Assembly: GCA_964414675.1 (NCBI GenBank)
Contig: CAYPYF010000002.1
Location: forward strand, 5,532-69,531
Source: an uncultured Dehalococcoidaceae bacterium
GTDB taxonomy: Bacteria; Chloroflexota; Dehalococcoidia; UBA2979
Length of the DNA stretch: 64,000 bases
Reading direction: 5' to 3'
Shown here: positions 16,934 through 26,787 of the stretch, in pieces
Layout of the letters: every line of letters starts with the position of its first letter
Numbering within the stretch: the first letter of the stretch is position 1
The notes under the pieces: generated by a model
Seen by the model: only the letters and a program-made list of their open reading frames with translations
Told to the model about the DNA's origin: nothing
The model's database searches: none
Made by a program: the position numbers and the translations under genes

Positions 16934-19357
16934 ATGCCATCCGTAGGGCCTCGACCACTCGACGGCATCCGCGTCATCGACCTGTCCTCCGGGCCGGCCG
17001 GCGGCATCGCGACCATGGTGATGGCGGACTTCGGCGCCGAGGTCATCAAGGTGGAGCAGCCCTCGGGCGACCCGTTCCGCTGGATGGCCAGCGCGCCCAT
17101 GTGGCTGCGCGGCAAGCAGAGCGTGGCGCTGGACCTCTCCCAGCCCGCCGCTCAGGCGCGCCTCAAGGCGCTCGTGGACACCGCCGATGTCGTGGTCTCC
17201 TCGTTCCGGCCGGGTACGGACCGTCCGTTCGGGGCCGACTACGAGACGCTCCGCGCCGGCAACCCCGGCCTCGTCTACACACACCTCACCGCGTTCGGCC
17301 CGAAAGGCCCCTCGGCGAACCTCCCGCCGTACGAGAGCATCGTCGCCGCCAAGGGGGGGCGCATGATCGCCTTCGAGGGCACCGTGCCGCGGCCGGGGCC
17401 GGTCTTCTCCGCGCTGCACGTGACCCACCACGCCGCCGCACAGGCGACCGTGATGGGCACCGTCGCCGCCCTCGTCGCCCGCGAGCGCACGGGCCTCGGC
17501 CAGCTCGTGGAGACGAGCCTCCTCCAGGGCCTCATGCCGTACGACATGGCCGGGTTCGCGCTCGCCTCGTTGATGTCGCGCGACTTCGACAAGTGGAAGG
17601 ACGCCGGGCCTCCCGGCGCCACCGGGCGGCTGCCCACCATCAACTACCAGCCGGTCATGGCCAGCGACGGCAAGTGGATCCAGCTGGGCAACCTGCTGCA
17701 GCACCTCTTCGACAACTTCGTCGCCAGCGCCGACCTCGTCGACATCTTCGGCGACCCCCGTTTCCAGGGCTCGCCGGCGACCTGGGCCGAGGAGGACCGT
17801 GAGGCCTTCCGCGACCGCATGTTCATGCGCATGCGCGAGAAGGACTCCGCCGAGTGGCAGCGCATCTTCGTAGAGAACGGCGGCGTGGTCTCCACGCTGT
17901 TCCAGACCACGCAGGAGGCGCTCAGCGACCCCGACCTCGTCGAGAACGGCCACGTCGTCGAGTTCCCCGGCGGCAAGAAGCTCATCGGTCCGCTCGCGCG
18001 CATGACGGCGACGCCTGCCGAGATCACAGACGCCGTGCCCGCCATCGGCGAGCACCAGTCGATCCTCGACCAGCCGCGCGAGGCGTGGCAGCCGAACGTC
18101 TCCAGCGGCCCGGAGGGCGGAGCACTGGAGGGCATCACGGTCCTCGACTTCTCGACGATCATCGCGGCGCCCCTCGGCTGCACGCACCTCGCCGACCTCG
18201 GCGCGCGCGTCATCAAGGTGGAGCAGGTCGGTGGCGACCCGTGGCGCTGGATGGGCAACGGCGGCCTCGGCGCGATCAAGACCAACGGCGGCAAGGAAAG
18301 CATCGCGATCGACCTCAAGGCCCACGACGGGCAGGAGGTCGTCCGCCGCCTGATCGCGCAGGCGGACGTGATCGTGCACAACTTCCGGCCCGGCGTGCCG
18401 GCCCGCCTCGGGATGTCGTACGAGCACGCGGTCGCCGCGAACCCGGGGATCATCTACGTCAACGTGAACGGCTACGGCCCGCTGGGCCCGAGTGCCCACC
18501 GCCCCGCGACGCACCCGATCCCCGGCGCAGCCCTCGGCGGCGCGGGGTGGCAGGCCGGCGTCATGCCCACCGGCACGTCGATCCCCGAACTGCGCGAGGG
18601 CGCCCGCCGCCTCTTCCGCGCGAACGAGGTGAACCCGGACCCGAACACCTCGGCGGTCGTCGCGGCCACCGTGACGCTTGCGCTCATGGCGCGCGCGAAG
18701 CACGGCGTCGGCCAGGAGGTGTTCGTCGACATGATGGGCGCGAACGCCTACGCCAACTGGGACGACTTCCTGACCTACCCGGGCAAGGCCACGCGCCCGG
18801 CCCTCGACCCTGAGCTCCGTGGCCTGGGCCCGCTCAACCGGCTGTACCAGACCAGCGATGGCTGGGTGGTGCTCTGCCTGCCGCTCGACGTGGAGTGGGA
18901 CGAGTTCGTCCGCCTCGCCGTGTCCGACCTGGCCGGTGACGCTCGCTTCGCGAGCCGCGAGGCGCGCACCGAGAACGCCGAGGCACTCACGACGATCCTC
19001 GACGCGCTCTTCGCGCGGGAGACCACGGCGCACTGGGAGCAGTTGCTCGGTGCGGCCGGCCTCGGCTGCTGCCAGGCCGACGGCCCGATGCCCGGCGACT
19101 ACTGGCACGAGGCGGAGCAGGTGGCGGTCAACGAGTTCAAGCAGACCGTGGAGCACACGCTGCACGGTGAGTTCGAGCGACACGGCCCCATGGCGCGGAT
19201 GCACGGCACCCCGAACCGCATCGTCTCGGCGCCGCTGGCAGGCGAGCAGTCGGACGCGCTTCTCGATGAACTCGGCTTCGACGCCACCGAGGTCGCACGC
19301 CTCCGGGCGAGTGGCGTCGTCTGGTCCGAGGAAGGCGTCCCAGTCACGTCCGCCTAG
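16934..19357 (+). CDS. tandem (double-domain) family III CoA-transferase (CaiB/BaiF type)
   Basis: Two copies of the N-terminal signature: LDGIRVIDLSSGPAGGIATMVMADFGAEVIKVE and LEGITVLDFSTIIAAPLGCTHLADLGARVIKVE. GAGGAG lies 7 nt before the ATG at 16934. Confidence 0.85.
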   Translation: MPSVGPRPLDGIRVIDLSSGPAGGIATMVMADFGAEVIKVEQPSGDPFRWMASAPMWLRGKQSVALDLSQPAAQARLKALVDTADVVVSSFRPGTDRPFGADYETLRAGNPGLVYTHLTAFGPKGPSANLPPYESIVAAKGGRMIAFEGTVPRPGPVFSALHVTHHAAAQATVMGTVAALVARERTGLGQLVETSLLQGLMPYDMAGFALASLMSRDFDKWKDAGPPGATGRLPTINYQPVMASDGKWIQLGNLLQHLFDNFVASADLVDIFGDPRFQGSPATWAEEDREAFRDRMFMRMREKDSAEWQRIFVENGGVVSTLFQTTQEALSDPDLVENGHVVEFPGGKKLIGPLARMTATPAEITDAVPAIGEHQSILDQPREAWQPNVSSGPEGGALEGITVLDFSTIIAAPLGCTHLADLGARVIKVEQVGGDPWRWMGNGGLGAIKTNGGKESIAIDLKAHDGQEVVRRLIAQADVIVHNFRPGVPARLGMSYEHAVAANPGIIYVNVNGYGPLGPSAHRPATHPIPGAALGGAGWQAGVMPTGTSIPELREGARRLFRANEVNPDPNTSAVVAATVTLALMARAKHGVGQEVFVDMMGANAYANWDDFLTYPGKATRPALDPELRGLGPLNRLYQTSDGWVVLCLPLDVEWDEFVRLAVSDLAGDARFASREARTENAEALTTILDALFARETTAHWEQLLGAAGLGCCQADGPMPGDYWHEAEQVAVNEFKQTVEHTLHGEFERHGPMARMHGTPNRIVSAPLAGEQSDALLDELGFDATEVARLRASGVVWSEEGVPVTSA

Positions 19358-19475
19358 CCGCACCTGTCCTCGGTCAGTCCAAGGCAACCCCTCGCGCCCG
19401 TGTCGCGTTGTCACCTCGTGCGTCCGGTGGGCGCCCCGGAGCCAGCGCGTACGAAGCGCAGAGGGAGTCCGTTCC

Positions 19476-20729
19476 GTGGACATCGAGATCCGACACCTCA
19501 CGCCTCAGGACATGCCGGCGTTCAACGACCTCGTGCAGTACGTCTTCGCGTCCGACCCGCAATGGTTCGAGGACTCGGCTGCCCGACTCCTGGGAGCAGA
19601 CGCCTGGATGCAGCCGGAGTGGGTGCTCGCCGCCGTGCACCAGGGCGTCCCGGTCTCGTCGCTCGGCGTCTTTCCATTCAGCGTGCGCGTGAACGGTCGC
19701 CCGGTCCCCACGGCCGGGGTGACGACGGTCGGTACGGACCCCGGCTATCGCCGCCGAGGGCTGCAGCGACGGGTGATGACGAAGGCCCTGGAGTGGCATC
19801 GCGACAGCGGTCAGCCGATCGCGATGCTGTGGGCGTCCTTCGGTGCGATCTACCAGCGCTACGGCTACGGCCTCGCCTCCGCGCACACCTCGTACGAGTT
19901 CGAGCCGACGCGGGCTGCGCTGCGCGAAGAGGTGGACGAGGGTTACACGGTCACCCTCGCGGACTGGAACGATCTCGAGGTGCGCGCCGACGTGCAGCGC
20001 ATGTACGCGGCCTACGCGGCCCCCCGCAACCTCATCATCGATCGCGACGACGACTGGTGGCGCGCGCATCAGTGGTACTGGGAGTACGAGCGCAAGCAGG
20101 ACGCCCGCGTCTTCCTCGTGATCGCGCGGGACGCGTCCGGCAAGGCGCGCGGCTACGTCGCGTATCGGACGAAGGACCAGCACGTCGCGTTCGAGCCAGG
20201 CCCCAGCCAGGAGCTGAAGACGCAGGATTTCGTCGCCCCGGACGCGGCGACGTGGCGCGCGCTCTGGAACTTCATCCGCGCCCATGACCTGGTGAAGACC
20301 GTGAAGTTCGAGTGGGCGCCGGAGGACGACATCGCCGGAGACCTGCTTCTCGAGCCGCGCGCCCTCCGCCGCCGCACCGGCGACGCGATGTGGCTACGGA
20401 TGGTCGATGTCGCCCCGGCGATCGAGGCGCGGGGCTACGAGCCGGACGCCGAGGGCAGCGTCACGCTCGGCATCGAGGACTCGCTGTGCCCCTGGAACGA
20501 CGGCGCGTACCGCGTCACCGTCGAGGGCGGCTCGGCAACCGTGAAGCGTGTCCGGACGAAGCCCCAGCTCACGATGCCCGTGGCAGCCCTCAGCTCGCTC
20601 TACTCGGGCTACCGCACAGCGACCGCCCTCGCGCGCGCCGGACGCGTCGAGGGCAGCACCAGCGCCCTGCGGACCGCCGACCGCCTGTTCGCGACGGCCT
20701 ACCGCCCGCACGTCATGGACGGCTTCTAA
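19476..20729 (+). CDS. eis: Eis-like GNAT acetyltransferase with SCP2-like C-terminal domain
   Basis: GTG at 19476 preceded by GAGGGAG. The protein has VTTVGTDPGYRRRGLQRRVM (the acetyl-CoA Q/RxxGxG/A motif) and an Eis-type length and architecture. Confidence 0.75.
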   Translation: MDIEIRHLTPQDMPAFNDLVQYVFASDPQWFEDSAARLLGADAWMQPEWVLAAVHQGVPVSSLGVFPFSVRVNGRPVPTAGVTTVGTDPGYRRRGLQRRVMTKALEWHRDSGQPIAMLWASFGAIYQRYGYGLASAHTSYEFEPTRAALREEVDEGYTVTLADWNDLEVRADVQRMYAAYAAPRNLIIDRDDDWWRAHQWYWEYERKQDARVFLVIARDASGKARGYVAYRTKDQHVAFEPGPSQELKTQDFVAPDAATWRALWNFIRAHDLVKTVKFEWAPEDDIAGDLLLEPRALRRRTGDAMWLRMVDVAPAIEARGYEPDAEGSVTLGIEDSLCPWNDGAYRVTVEGGSATVKRVRTKPQLTMPVAALSSLYSGYRTATALARAGRVEGSTSALRTADRLFATAYRPHVMDGF

Positions 20730-20744
20730 CCGTTCCCTCCGAAA

Positions 20745-20784
20745 TCCGGCCCCCTCCCCCTTGAGGGGAGGGTTGGGGTGGGGG
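20745..20784 (+). repeat. dispersed hairpin+G-tract repeat, copy B
   Basis: TCCGGCCCCCTCCCCCTTGAGGGGAGGGTTGGGGTGGGGG, 16 nt after the Eis-like stop. Confidence 0.85.
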
Positions 20785-20827
20785 TGGCGCGGTCCTCGCG
20801 GCTGAGACCGTCCCGATCGCCGCCGCG

Positions 20828-21775
20828 CTACCCCTCGAGGCCACGCCGCTCGATGAAGGCGTGGAGCTCGCGGGCGAACGCCTGCGGGTTGTCGCCCTGC
20901 ACGGAGTGGCCGGCGTTCGGGATCACCACCTGCTCGGCATCCACCATCTCCTTCACCATCTCGTCGGCGGACTCCTTCGAGAGGATCTTGCTGATCTCGC
21001 CACGCATCAGCAGCGTGGGCGTCGTGATGCCTCGGACGTCCGACCAGAGCGACTCGGCGCGCTCCTTGCGGGCGGCCTGCTGCTGCTCCTCGGTGAGCCC
21101 CTCCATCGAGGCGCGGCGACGGTGGTCCTGCTTCCAGGTCCAGCCGTCCTCCACCTGCTTGAGCGAATGCAGCAGCGAGTACTTCAGGTGCGCCGGCTTG
21201 CGCTGCGGGTTGAACTTCACCGCCCGCTCCACGAAGTCCTCGAAGTTCCGCATCGTCTCCGTCTCCTTGCGGAAGGCCTCCATCTCCAGGATGCCCTCCT
21301 GCATGGTGACCGGAGCAATGTCCACGACGATCAGCCGGTAGAGGCGCTCCGCGTGCGTCGGCGAGTAACGGAGGGAGTTCATCCCGCCCATCGACATCCC
21401 GCAGAGGATCACCCGCGGGAACGCGAGGTAGTTGATGAACGCCTCGGTGTCCGCCGCCATCAGGTCGCTGTTGTCCTGGTCGATCTGGTCGTCGGGCGTC
21501 CACCCGGTGTCGCCGTGTCCGCGCTGATCGAGGGCAATGACGTGGTAGTGCTGGCGCAGCCAGAGGGCTGCCATGTCCCACGTGTGCGCCGTCAGCGATC
21601 CGCCGTGCAGCAGCACCAGCGGCGGGAGGTGGGCGTTGCCCCAGTCCAGGTAGTGGAAGTCGATGCCGTTGAGGTGGACCGTGTGGTCGGTCGGCTGGAC
21701 AAACTCCGGCGCCTCGAGGCCGATCGCCTCCGCGCATGCCTTCATGTCGTCGAGATAGTTGGTGGCAGTGGTCAT
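20828..21775 (-). CDS. alpha/beta hydrolase
   Basis: ATG at 21773-21775 with GAGGAGGA upstream. The protein has PLVLLHGGSLTAHTWD and a nucleophile elbow GMSMGG. Confidence 0.85.
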   Translation of the reverse strand: MTTATNYLDDMKACAEAIGLEAPEFVQPTDHTVHLNGIDFHYLDWGNAHLPPLVLLHGGSLTAHTWDMAALWLRQHYHVIALDQRGHGDTGWTPDDQIDQDNSDLMAADTEAFINYLAFPRVILCGMSMGGMNSLRYSPTHAERLYRLIVVDIAPVTMQEGILEMEAFRKETETMRNFEDFVERAVKFNPQRKPAHLKYSLLHSLKQVEDGWTWKQDHRRRASMEGLTEEQQQAARKERAESLWSDVRGITTPTLLMRGEISKILSKESADEMVKEMVDAEQVVIPNAGHSVQGDNPQAFARELHAFIERRGLEG

Positions 21776-21855
21776 GGTGAGTCCTCCTCGCGCGTCTCCC
21801 GTCGATGGACTGGGAGCGGGCGCCGGAAGTCTACACGCGCGACCACCCGCGTTGC

Positions 21856-22527
21856 TTACTCCGCCGGCAAGTGTGCCGGGGCGAGGTCCAGGACCTCCTC
21901 CAGCCACCCGTTGAGGTCGCTGAGGCTCTCCGGCCGGATCTCGTGCGCCATCGCGTACTCGTGGTAGATGGGGGTCACGCCGAGGGCCACCAGCCGCTCT
22001 CGCGAGTCGCGCGCGCGGTCCACGTTGATCATCGGGTCGTCGGACCCGTGCTGCACGAACAGCTGGAGCGCGTCGAGCGCCTCCCTGTCGGCGTGCGTCT
22101 CTGCCTCGGGCGGGAGCCACGTCGAGAGCGCCGCGACCCCGCGGAAGCGTCGAGGCTCCCCGAGGCCGAGGCGGTACGCGAGCGACCCGCCCTGCGAGAA
22201 GCCGAGCACCACGACGCGCTCCGGGTCGCCTCCATAGGCGGGGACGCCCCAGTCGATGAACTCGCGCAGTTGCTTCGCGACCCGCTCGAACTCGTGCTCG
22301 CTCCGCTGCTGGGGCGGGACGGTATTGAACCAGGTGAAGGAGAGCAGTCCCGGCTGGAGGACGTACGACGCCTCCGGACAGAGCGTGAGCACCCGCCCCT
22401 GGCCGATGTACGGCGCGAGGCCGAGGAGGTCGAAGCCGTTGGCGCCGTGCCCATGGATGGCGATCACCGTGGGCAGCGGGCCCTCGGCGCCCGGGTGGTA
22501 GACGGTGTGGACGATCGGTGGCGGCAT
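21856..22527 (-). CDS. phospholipase/carboxylesterase family alpha/beta hydrolase
   Basis: VIAIHGHGANGFD and GFSQGGSLA elbow. GAGGAG lies 7 nt before the ATG at 22525-22527; an alternative start is at 22557. Confidence 0.8.
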   Translation of the reverse strand: MPPPIVHTVYHPGAEGPLPTVIAIHGHGANGFDLLGLAPYIGQGRVLTLCPEASYVLQPGLLSFTWFNTVPPQQRSEHEFERVAKQLREFIDWGVPAYGGDPERVVVLGFSQGGSLAYRLGLGEPRRFRGVAALSTWLPPEAETHADREALDALQLFVQHGSDDPMINVDRARDSRERLVALGVTPIYHEYAMAHEIRPESLSDLNGWLEEVLDLAPAHLPAE

Positions 22528-22579
22528 CACACGGCTCCTCGCTATGCGAGCGAGCATAGCCCTCGACGCGCGGGTCGCC

Positions 22580-23830
22580 TCACTCGGACCGCGTCAGCGG
22601 ACGCCCGAACAGCGCGACGAAGACGAAGAAGACCAGGCAGAGCGCATGCGAGATCGCGACGCCGTTCTGGATGCCGAAGTTCGCGATCAGGAGCCCCATC
22701 GGGAGGCCTCCCAGCGGCATCAGCGACATCCCGATCTGCCAGGCGGCCATGCCACGGCCGCGCATATCGGGGCGCAACTCGCTCTGGAACACGGTGTTGT
22801 TCAGTGCCAGGGCGGTCCCGTGGAACACACCCGCGGTCGCGAGGGTGAGCAGCCCGAAGATCAGGACGTCCTGCCGGCTGAACACCAGCAGCAGCATGAG
22901 GTAGACGAGGAAGCAGCCCAGCATGATCTGTGGCTTGCGACGCACCTCGCCGAACCACGCGAGGGCGAAGAGCCCGATGATCGAGCCGACCGCGATCATC
23001 GCGACGAGGAACCCGTAGGCGCGTTCCTGCCCGAAGACCTCGTCCGCGAAGATCGGCATGAAGTTCATGTACGGATAGACCAGCAGCGCCGGGACGGCGT
23101 TGATCGCGAGCAGCAGTCGCAGCCGCGGCTGCGCGAAGAGGTACGCGAACCCGTCCAGCACCTGCCTCGTGGGGTTGCGTCCACCGACGGGCTTGTCCTG
23201 CGGACGCTCCCGCATCAGCCACGTGGCGAGCGAGGCGATGGCGCGCACGGTGACCACGAAGACGAAGCACGCCCCCACGTTCCACACCGCGATGACGCCG
23301 GCGATCGGCGGGCCGATGATCCTCGAGAGGTTCTGCGCGATCGAGTTGAGGGCGATGGCGTTCGAGAACGTCTCCGGCGTGGAGACGTCGTGGACGTATG
23401 CCTGGCGGGCGGGCTGGTTGATGGCCTGCGTGAACGTCGTCAGGATCGCGAAGACGTACGCGTGCCAGACCTCGATGAGGTCGGTGAGCACGAGGACCGC
23501 GAGGACCCCTGCCTGCGCGGCGCCGAAGATGCCGGAGATCAGCATCACCTTCCGCCGCGAGTAGCGGTCCGCCAGCACGCCGGCATATGGCGTGACGAAC
23601 AGCGCGCCGAGGCCTCCCACGAAGGTGACGGCCCCCATCTGCACGGCCGACCCCGTCAGAACGTAGACCAGCCAGTTGAGGCCGATCTGCTGGCCCCACT
23701 GACCGAACCCGATGGTGATGGTGCCGATCCACAGCCAGCGGAAGTCTCGTTCCTTGAACGAGACCAGAGGCCCCTGCTTCGGCGGAGGTGGAGCCTCGTT
23801 GGGTTGCGTTGGTGGCGCGATCACGGCCAC
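22580..23830 (-). CDS. MFS transporter (EntS/DUF894-like)
   Basis: FRWLWIGTITIGFGQWGQQIGLNWLVY and 12 TM helices. It is a tandem paralog of the next gene. Confidence 0.85.
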   Translation of the reverse strand: MAVIAPPTQPNEAPPPPKQGPLVSFKERDFRWLWIGTITIGFGQWGQQIGLNWLVYVLTGSAVQMGAVTFVGGLGALFVTPYAGVLADRYSRRKVMLISGIFGAAQAGVLAVLVLTDLIEVWHAYVFAILTTFTQAINQPARQAYVHDVSTPETFSNAIALNSIAQNLSRIIGPPIAGVIAVWNVGACFVFVVTVRAIASLATWLMRERPQDKPVGGRNPTRQVLDGFAYLFAQPRLRLLLAINAVPALLVYPYMNFMPIFADEVFGQERAYGFLVAMIAVGSIIGLFALAWFGEVRRKPQIMLGCFLVYLMLLLVFSRQDVLIFGLLTLATAGVFHGTALALNNTVFQSELRPDMRGRGMAAWQIGMSLMPLGGLPMGLLIANFGIQNGVAISHALCLVFFVFVALFGRPLTRSE

Positions 23831-23940
23831 GGCGTTGCCCTCTGGGTTGCCGGGGCTCGGAGTGACCTCCCCGGTATGACGAGCATTATCCGCCGCGGCA
23901 CAACCCCACCGGCGTCACGCCCGCCGGGGCCGCCCTCGGG

Positions 23941-25230
23941 CTACTCGAGACGCCTCAGGGAACGGCTGAAGGCGATGACCAGGAGGATGCAGACCAGCGC
24001 CACGCTGATGTGCAGCGCGACGCCGAGGCGGATGCCGATCGCCTCGATGAGGAACCCCATGGAGAGCGCGCCGATCGGCGAAAGTCCACCGGCCACCTGA
24101 AGCGACGCCATCCCGCGTCCGCGCATGTCGTTGCGCACCAGCACCTGGAACAGCGTCTGGTTGAGCGCCGATCCCACGCCGAAGAACAACCCGGCGAGGG
24201 CCACCGCGACCATCGCGAGGATGAGCGTCGGCGCCTGCGCGAACGCGATCAGGAACACCTCGTACCCCACGAACCCGATGAGCATCCAGCGCCCTCGATG
24301 CCGCAGGTTCGGCAGCCACGCCAGCCCGAGCAGCCCGAAGATCGAACCGACCGCGATCATCGAGACGAGCAGGCCGTAGGCGGACGCGCCGCTGCCGAAG
24401 ACGCGCTCCGCGAAGACCGGCATGAACGAGATATACGGGTAGACGAAGAGCGCCGTGATCGCGTTTACCAGCAACAGCGCGCGGAGGTCCGCCTCACCGG
24501 CGAGGTAGGCGAAGCCGCGGAAGATCAGGCGGAGCGGGTTGCCTCGGCTGTCCTCGCGGACGCTCTCCCGGGCGGAGAGCATCATCGTGAGGACCGCCGC
24601 ACCGACGCGGACGATCGCTACGAACGCGAACGCCGCGCCCACGTTCCAGCCGGCGATCAGCCCCGCGAGGGGCGGCCCGACGATGCGGGAGGCGTTCTGC
24701 GCGATCGAGTTGAGTGCGATCGCGTTCGGCAGCGTCTCCGGGCTCGACACGTCGTTTACGTATGCCTGGCGTGCCGGGTTGTTCATCGCCTGGGTCGTCG
24801 CCGTGAGGATCGCGAAGACGTACGCGTGCCAGACCTCGACCGTGTCGGTGAGCACGAGGACGGCGAGCACCGTCGACTGCAGGGCGCCGGCGATCGTCGC
24901 GAGCAGGATGATCATGCGCCGCGGGTAGCGGTCCGCGATCACGCCCGCGAACGGGGTGAGGAACAACGACAGGATCCCGCCCGCGAAGGAGACCGCGCCC
25001 AGCTGCACCGCCGAGTCGGTGAGCAGGAACACCAGCCAGTTGAGGCCGATCTGCTGCCCCCACTGGCCGAAGCCGACGAACACGGTGCCGAACCACAGCA
25101 GCCGGTAGTCGCGGTCCCTCAGCGAGACGAACGGCCCGCCGATGACCGGCGCGAGTCCGCGCGGCACCTCCTCGCGACTCTGGTCGGAGGGAGGTGAGGG
25201 ATCGAGTTCGTCCGGAGGCTTGCTCGCCAT
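23941..25230 (-). CDS. MFS transporter (EntS/DUF894-like), tandem paralog
   Basis: YRLLWFGTVFVGFGQWGQQIGLNWLVF, colinear with the 22580..23830 product. Confidence 0.85.
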   Translation of the reverse strand: MASKPPDELDPSPPSDQSREEVPRGLAPVIGGPFVSLRDRDYRLLWFGTVFVGFGQWGQQIGLNWLVFLLTDSAVQLGAVSFAGGILSLFLTPFAGVIADRYPRRMIILLATIAGALQSTVLAVLVLTDTVEVWHAYVFAILTATTQAMNNPARQAYVNDVSSPETLPNAIALNSIAQNASRIVGPPLAGLIAGWNVGAAFAFVAIVRVGAAVLTMMLSARESVREDSRGNPLRLIFRGFAYLAGEADLRALLLVNAITALFVYPYISFMPVFAERVFGSGASAYGLLVSMIAVGSIFGLLGLAWLPNLRHRGRWMLIGFVGYEVFLIAFAQAPTLILAMVAVALAGLFFGVGSALNQTLFQVLVRNDMRGRGMASLQVAGGLSPIGALSMGFLIEAIGIRLGVALHISVALVCILLVIAFSRSLRRLE

Positions 25231-25332
25231 GACGGATCCTGTCGGGTCGATGGTGCAGTATCCGCCGCGGGCCGCTATGCACCACGACCCGCATCCGGGC
25301 CGGGGTGCGCGCTACCTCGCACCCACCGCGAC

Positions 25333-26628
25333 TTACCTCGCGGGGTCGGTGTCGAGGGGCTGCGAGGGGACGGTGACTGAGCCCGGCGGGAGCGGAGGCA
25401 CTCCGGGCGTCCGGATCGCCGGGATCCACCGCACCGGGATGAACATCACCAGCGCCGCGAGCAGGCGTCCCACGATCGACACCACCATCGCGACGCGGAT
25501 GTCCCACGCCGCAACGATCACGGTGCCGATGATCGGCCCGAGGAGTTGCGAGAACAGGATCACGATCTGCTGCACGGAGGCGTACCGCGGGATGTTCTCG
25601 TTCGGGGCGTACTCCATCAGGAGGTTGAAGATCGCCACGTTGTAGACCGCCCAGACCAGCCCGCCGGCCGCGAACGCGAACGCCGCCTGCCACGGCTCCG
25701 CTGCCACGAACCAGAGCGCCGGGATGAGCGCGGGGAAGAACAGCACCCAGCGGAACAGCCGCTCCGACGAGATCTTCGCGACCCACACGCCGAGGAGGAA
25801 CTGGCTCCCGACGGCGGCGACCTGTTCCAGCGTCGCGAACAGCCCCACGTCCGACACCGACCCGCCGAGGTCGCGGATGAAGTAGGCCATCAGGAACGGC
25901 CCCACGATCATCGTGGTCGTGTTCAGGAGCAGCAGCGCCAGCAGATATCGGATGAACAGGCGGTCGCGCAGGAGCCCGCGCGTCGAGCCCTTCGGACGCT
26001 CGCTCCGTGGCGGACGGACGGGCTCCTCGATGCGGTAGTACGCGTACCAGGCGACGGCGCCGATGCCTGCCGAGGTGGCGAAGATCCACTGGAACCCCTC
26101 GACGCCCCCGATGAGGCGGATGCCGAACCCCGTGAGCGGCGCGGCGATGGCCGCCGCCACCGTGACCGCGAGCATGCGCTGCGTCACGTAGAACCGCCTG
26201 AGGTCCAGCGGGATGATGTCCGCCAGCAGAGACACCCACGAGGGATGGGCCGCGTTCTGCAGGAACGACCGCACGAATACCGTCCCGACGATCAGCCAGA
26301 ACGCCGCGATCGGACTCGGCATGAACAGCGGCGAGAGCGCGATCACCAGCAGCGCGACGCGTCCCGCGCCGCCGCCGGTCCAGAGCACGATCCACTTCCG
26401 CGAGTTCGTGAGCTCCGCGATCCGGATCCCCGGCACCAGCGCGAGGACGCCCGCCAGGCCCATCGCGATCGAGATCAGCCCGATCTCCGCGTCCGAGGCG
26501 CCGAGCGCGATCGCGTAGACCGCGATGAACTGGACGTACGGCACATCGCCGATCGAGGAGAGGATCCCGTCGAAGTAGAACCACTTCTGCGAGGGCGTCC
26601 CGAGCATCCTCGTCTGGAACGAGGTCAT
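25333..26628 (-). CDS. MFS transporter (third in tandem)
   Basis: 12-TM pattern. The start is uncertain, with candidates at 26607, 26628 and 26712. The upstream part of ORF 25333..27180 is not protein-like. Confidence 0.7.
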   Translation of the reverse strand: MTSFQTRMLGTPSQKWFYFDGILSSIGDVPYVQFIAVYAIALGASDAEIGLISIAMGLAGVLALVPGIRIAELTNSRKWIVLWTGGGAGRVALLVIALSPLFMPSPIAAFWLIVGTVFVRSFLQNAAHPSWVSLLADIIPLDLRRFYVTQRMLAVTVAAAIAAPLTGFGIRLIGGVEGFQWIFATSAGIGAVAWYAYYRIEEPVRPPRSERPKGSTRGLLRDRLFIRYLLALLLLNTTTMIVGPFLMAYFIRDLGGSVSDVGLFATLEQVAAVGSQFLLGVWVAKISSERLFRWVLFFPALIPALWFVAAEPWQAAFAFAAGGLVWAVYNVAIFNLLMEYAPNENIPRYASVQQIVILFSQLLGPIIGTVIVAAWDIRVAMVVSIVGRLLAALVMFIPVRWIPAIRTPGVPPLPPGSVTVPSQPLDTDPAR

Positions 26629-26787
26629 CGGGTGGTTGGCGGCGCGCGGGCCTCGGAAGCGCCAGCGTTCACGGAAGGTGTACGGGGTCGGGAGGCGGAA
26701 TCGAGGGTTCATCGAGCCGGAGGGCCTCCAGGCGCTTCGACTTCCACGGTAACGCGGTGACCTTCGCTGCCGGGTTTCTGCCTCGCC

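Noticed and set aside
16712-19501. 929-aa ORF on the minus strand
   Set aside because: It is exactly antisense to the well-supported double CoA-transferase gene. Its product is Arg/Gly/Ala/Asp-rich with no motifs. It is a typical long antisense ORF of high-GC DNA, where stop codons are rare.
24494-26584. 696-aa minus-strand ORF spanning two MFS genes
   Set aside because: It is out of frame relative to the two MFS CDS on the same strand, and its product is Arg/Pro/Gly-rich and non-protein-like.
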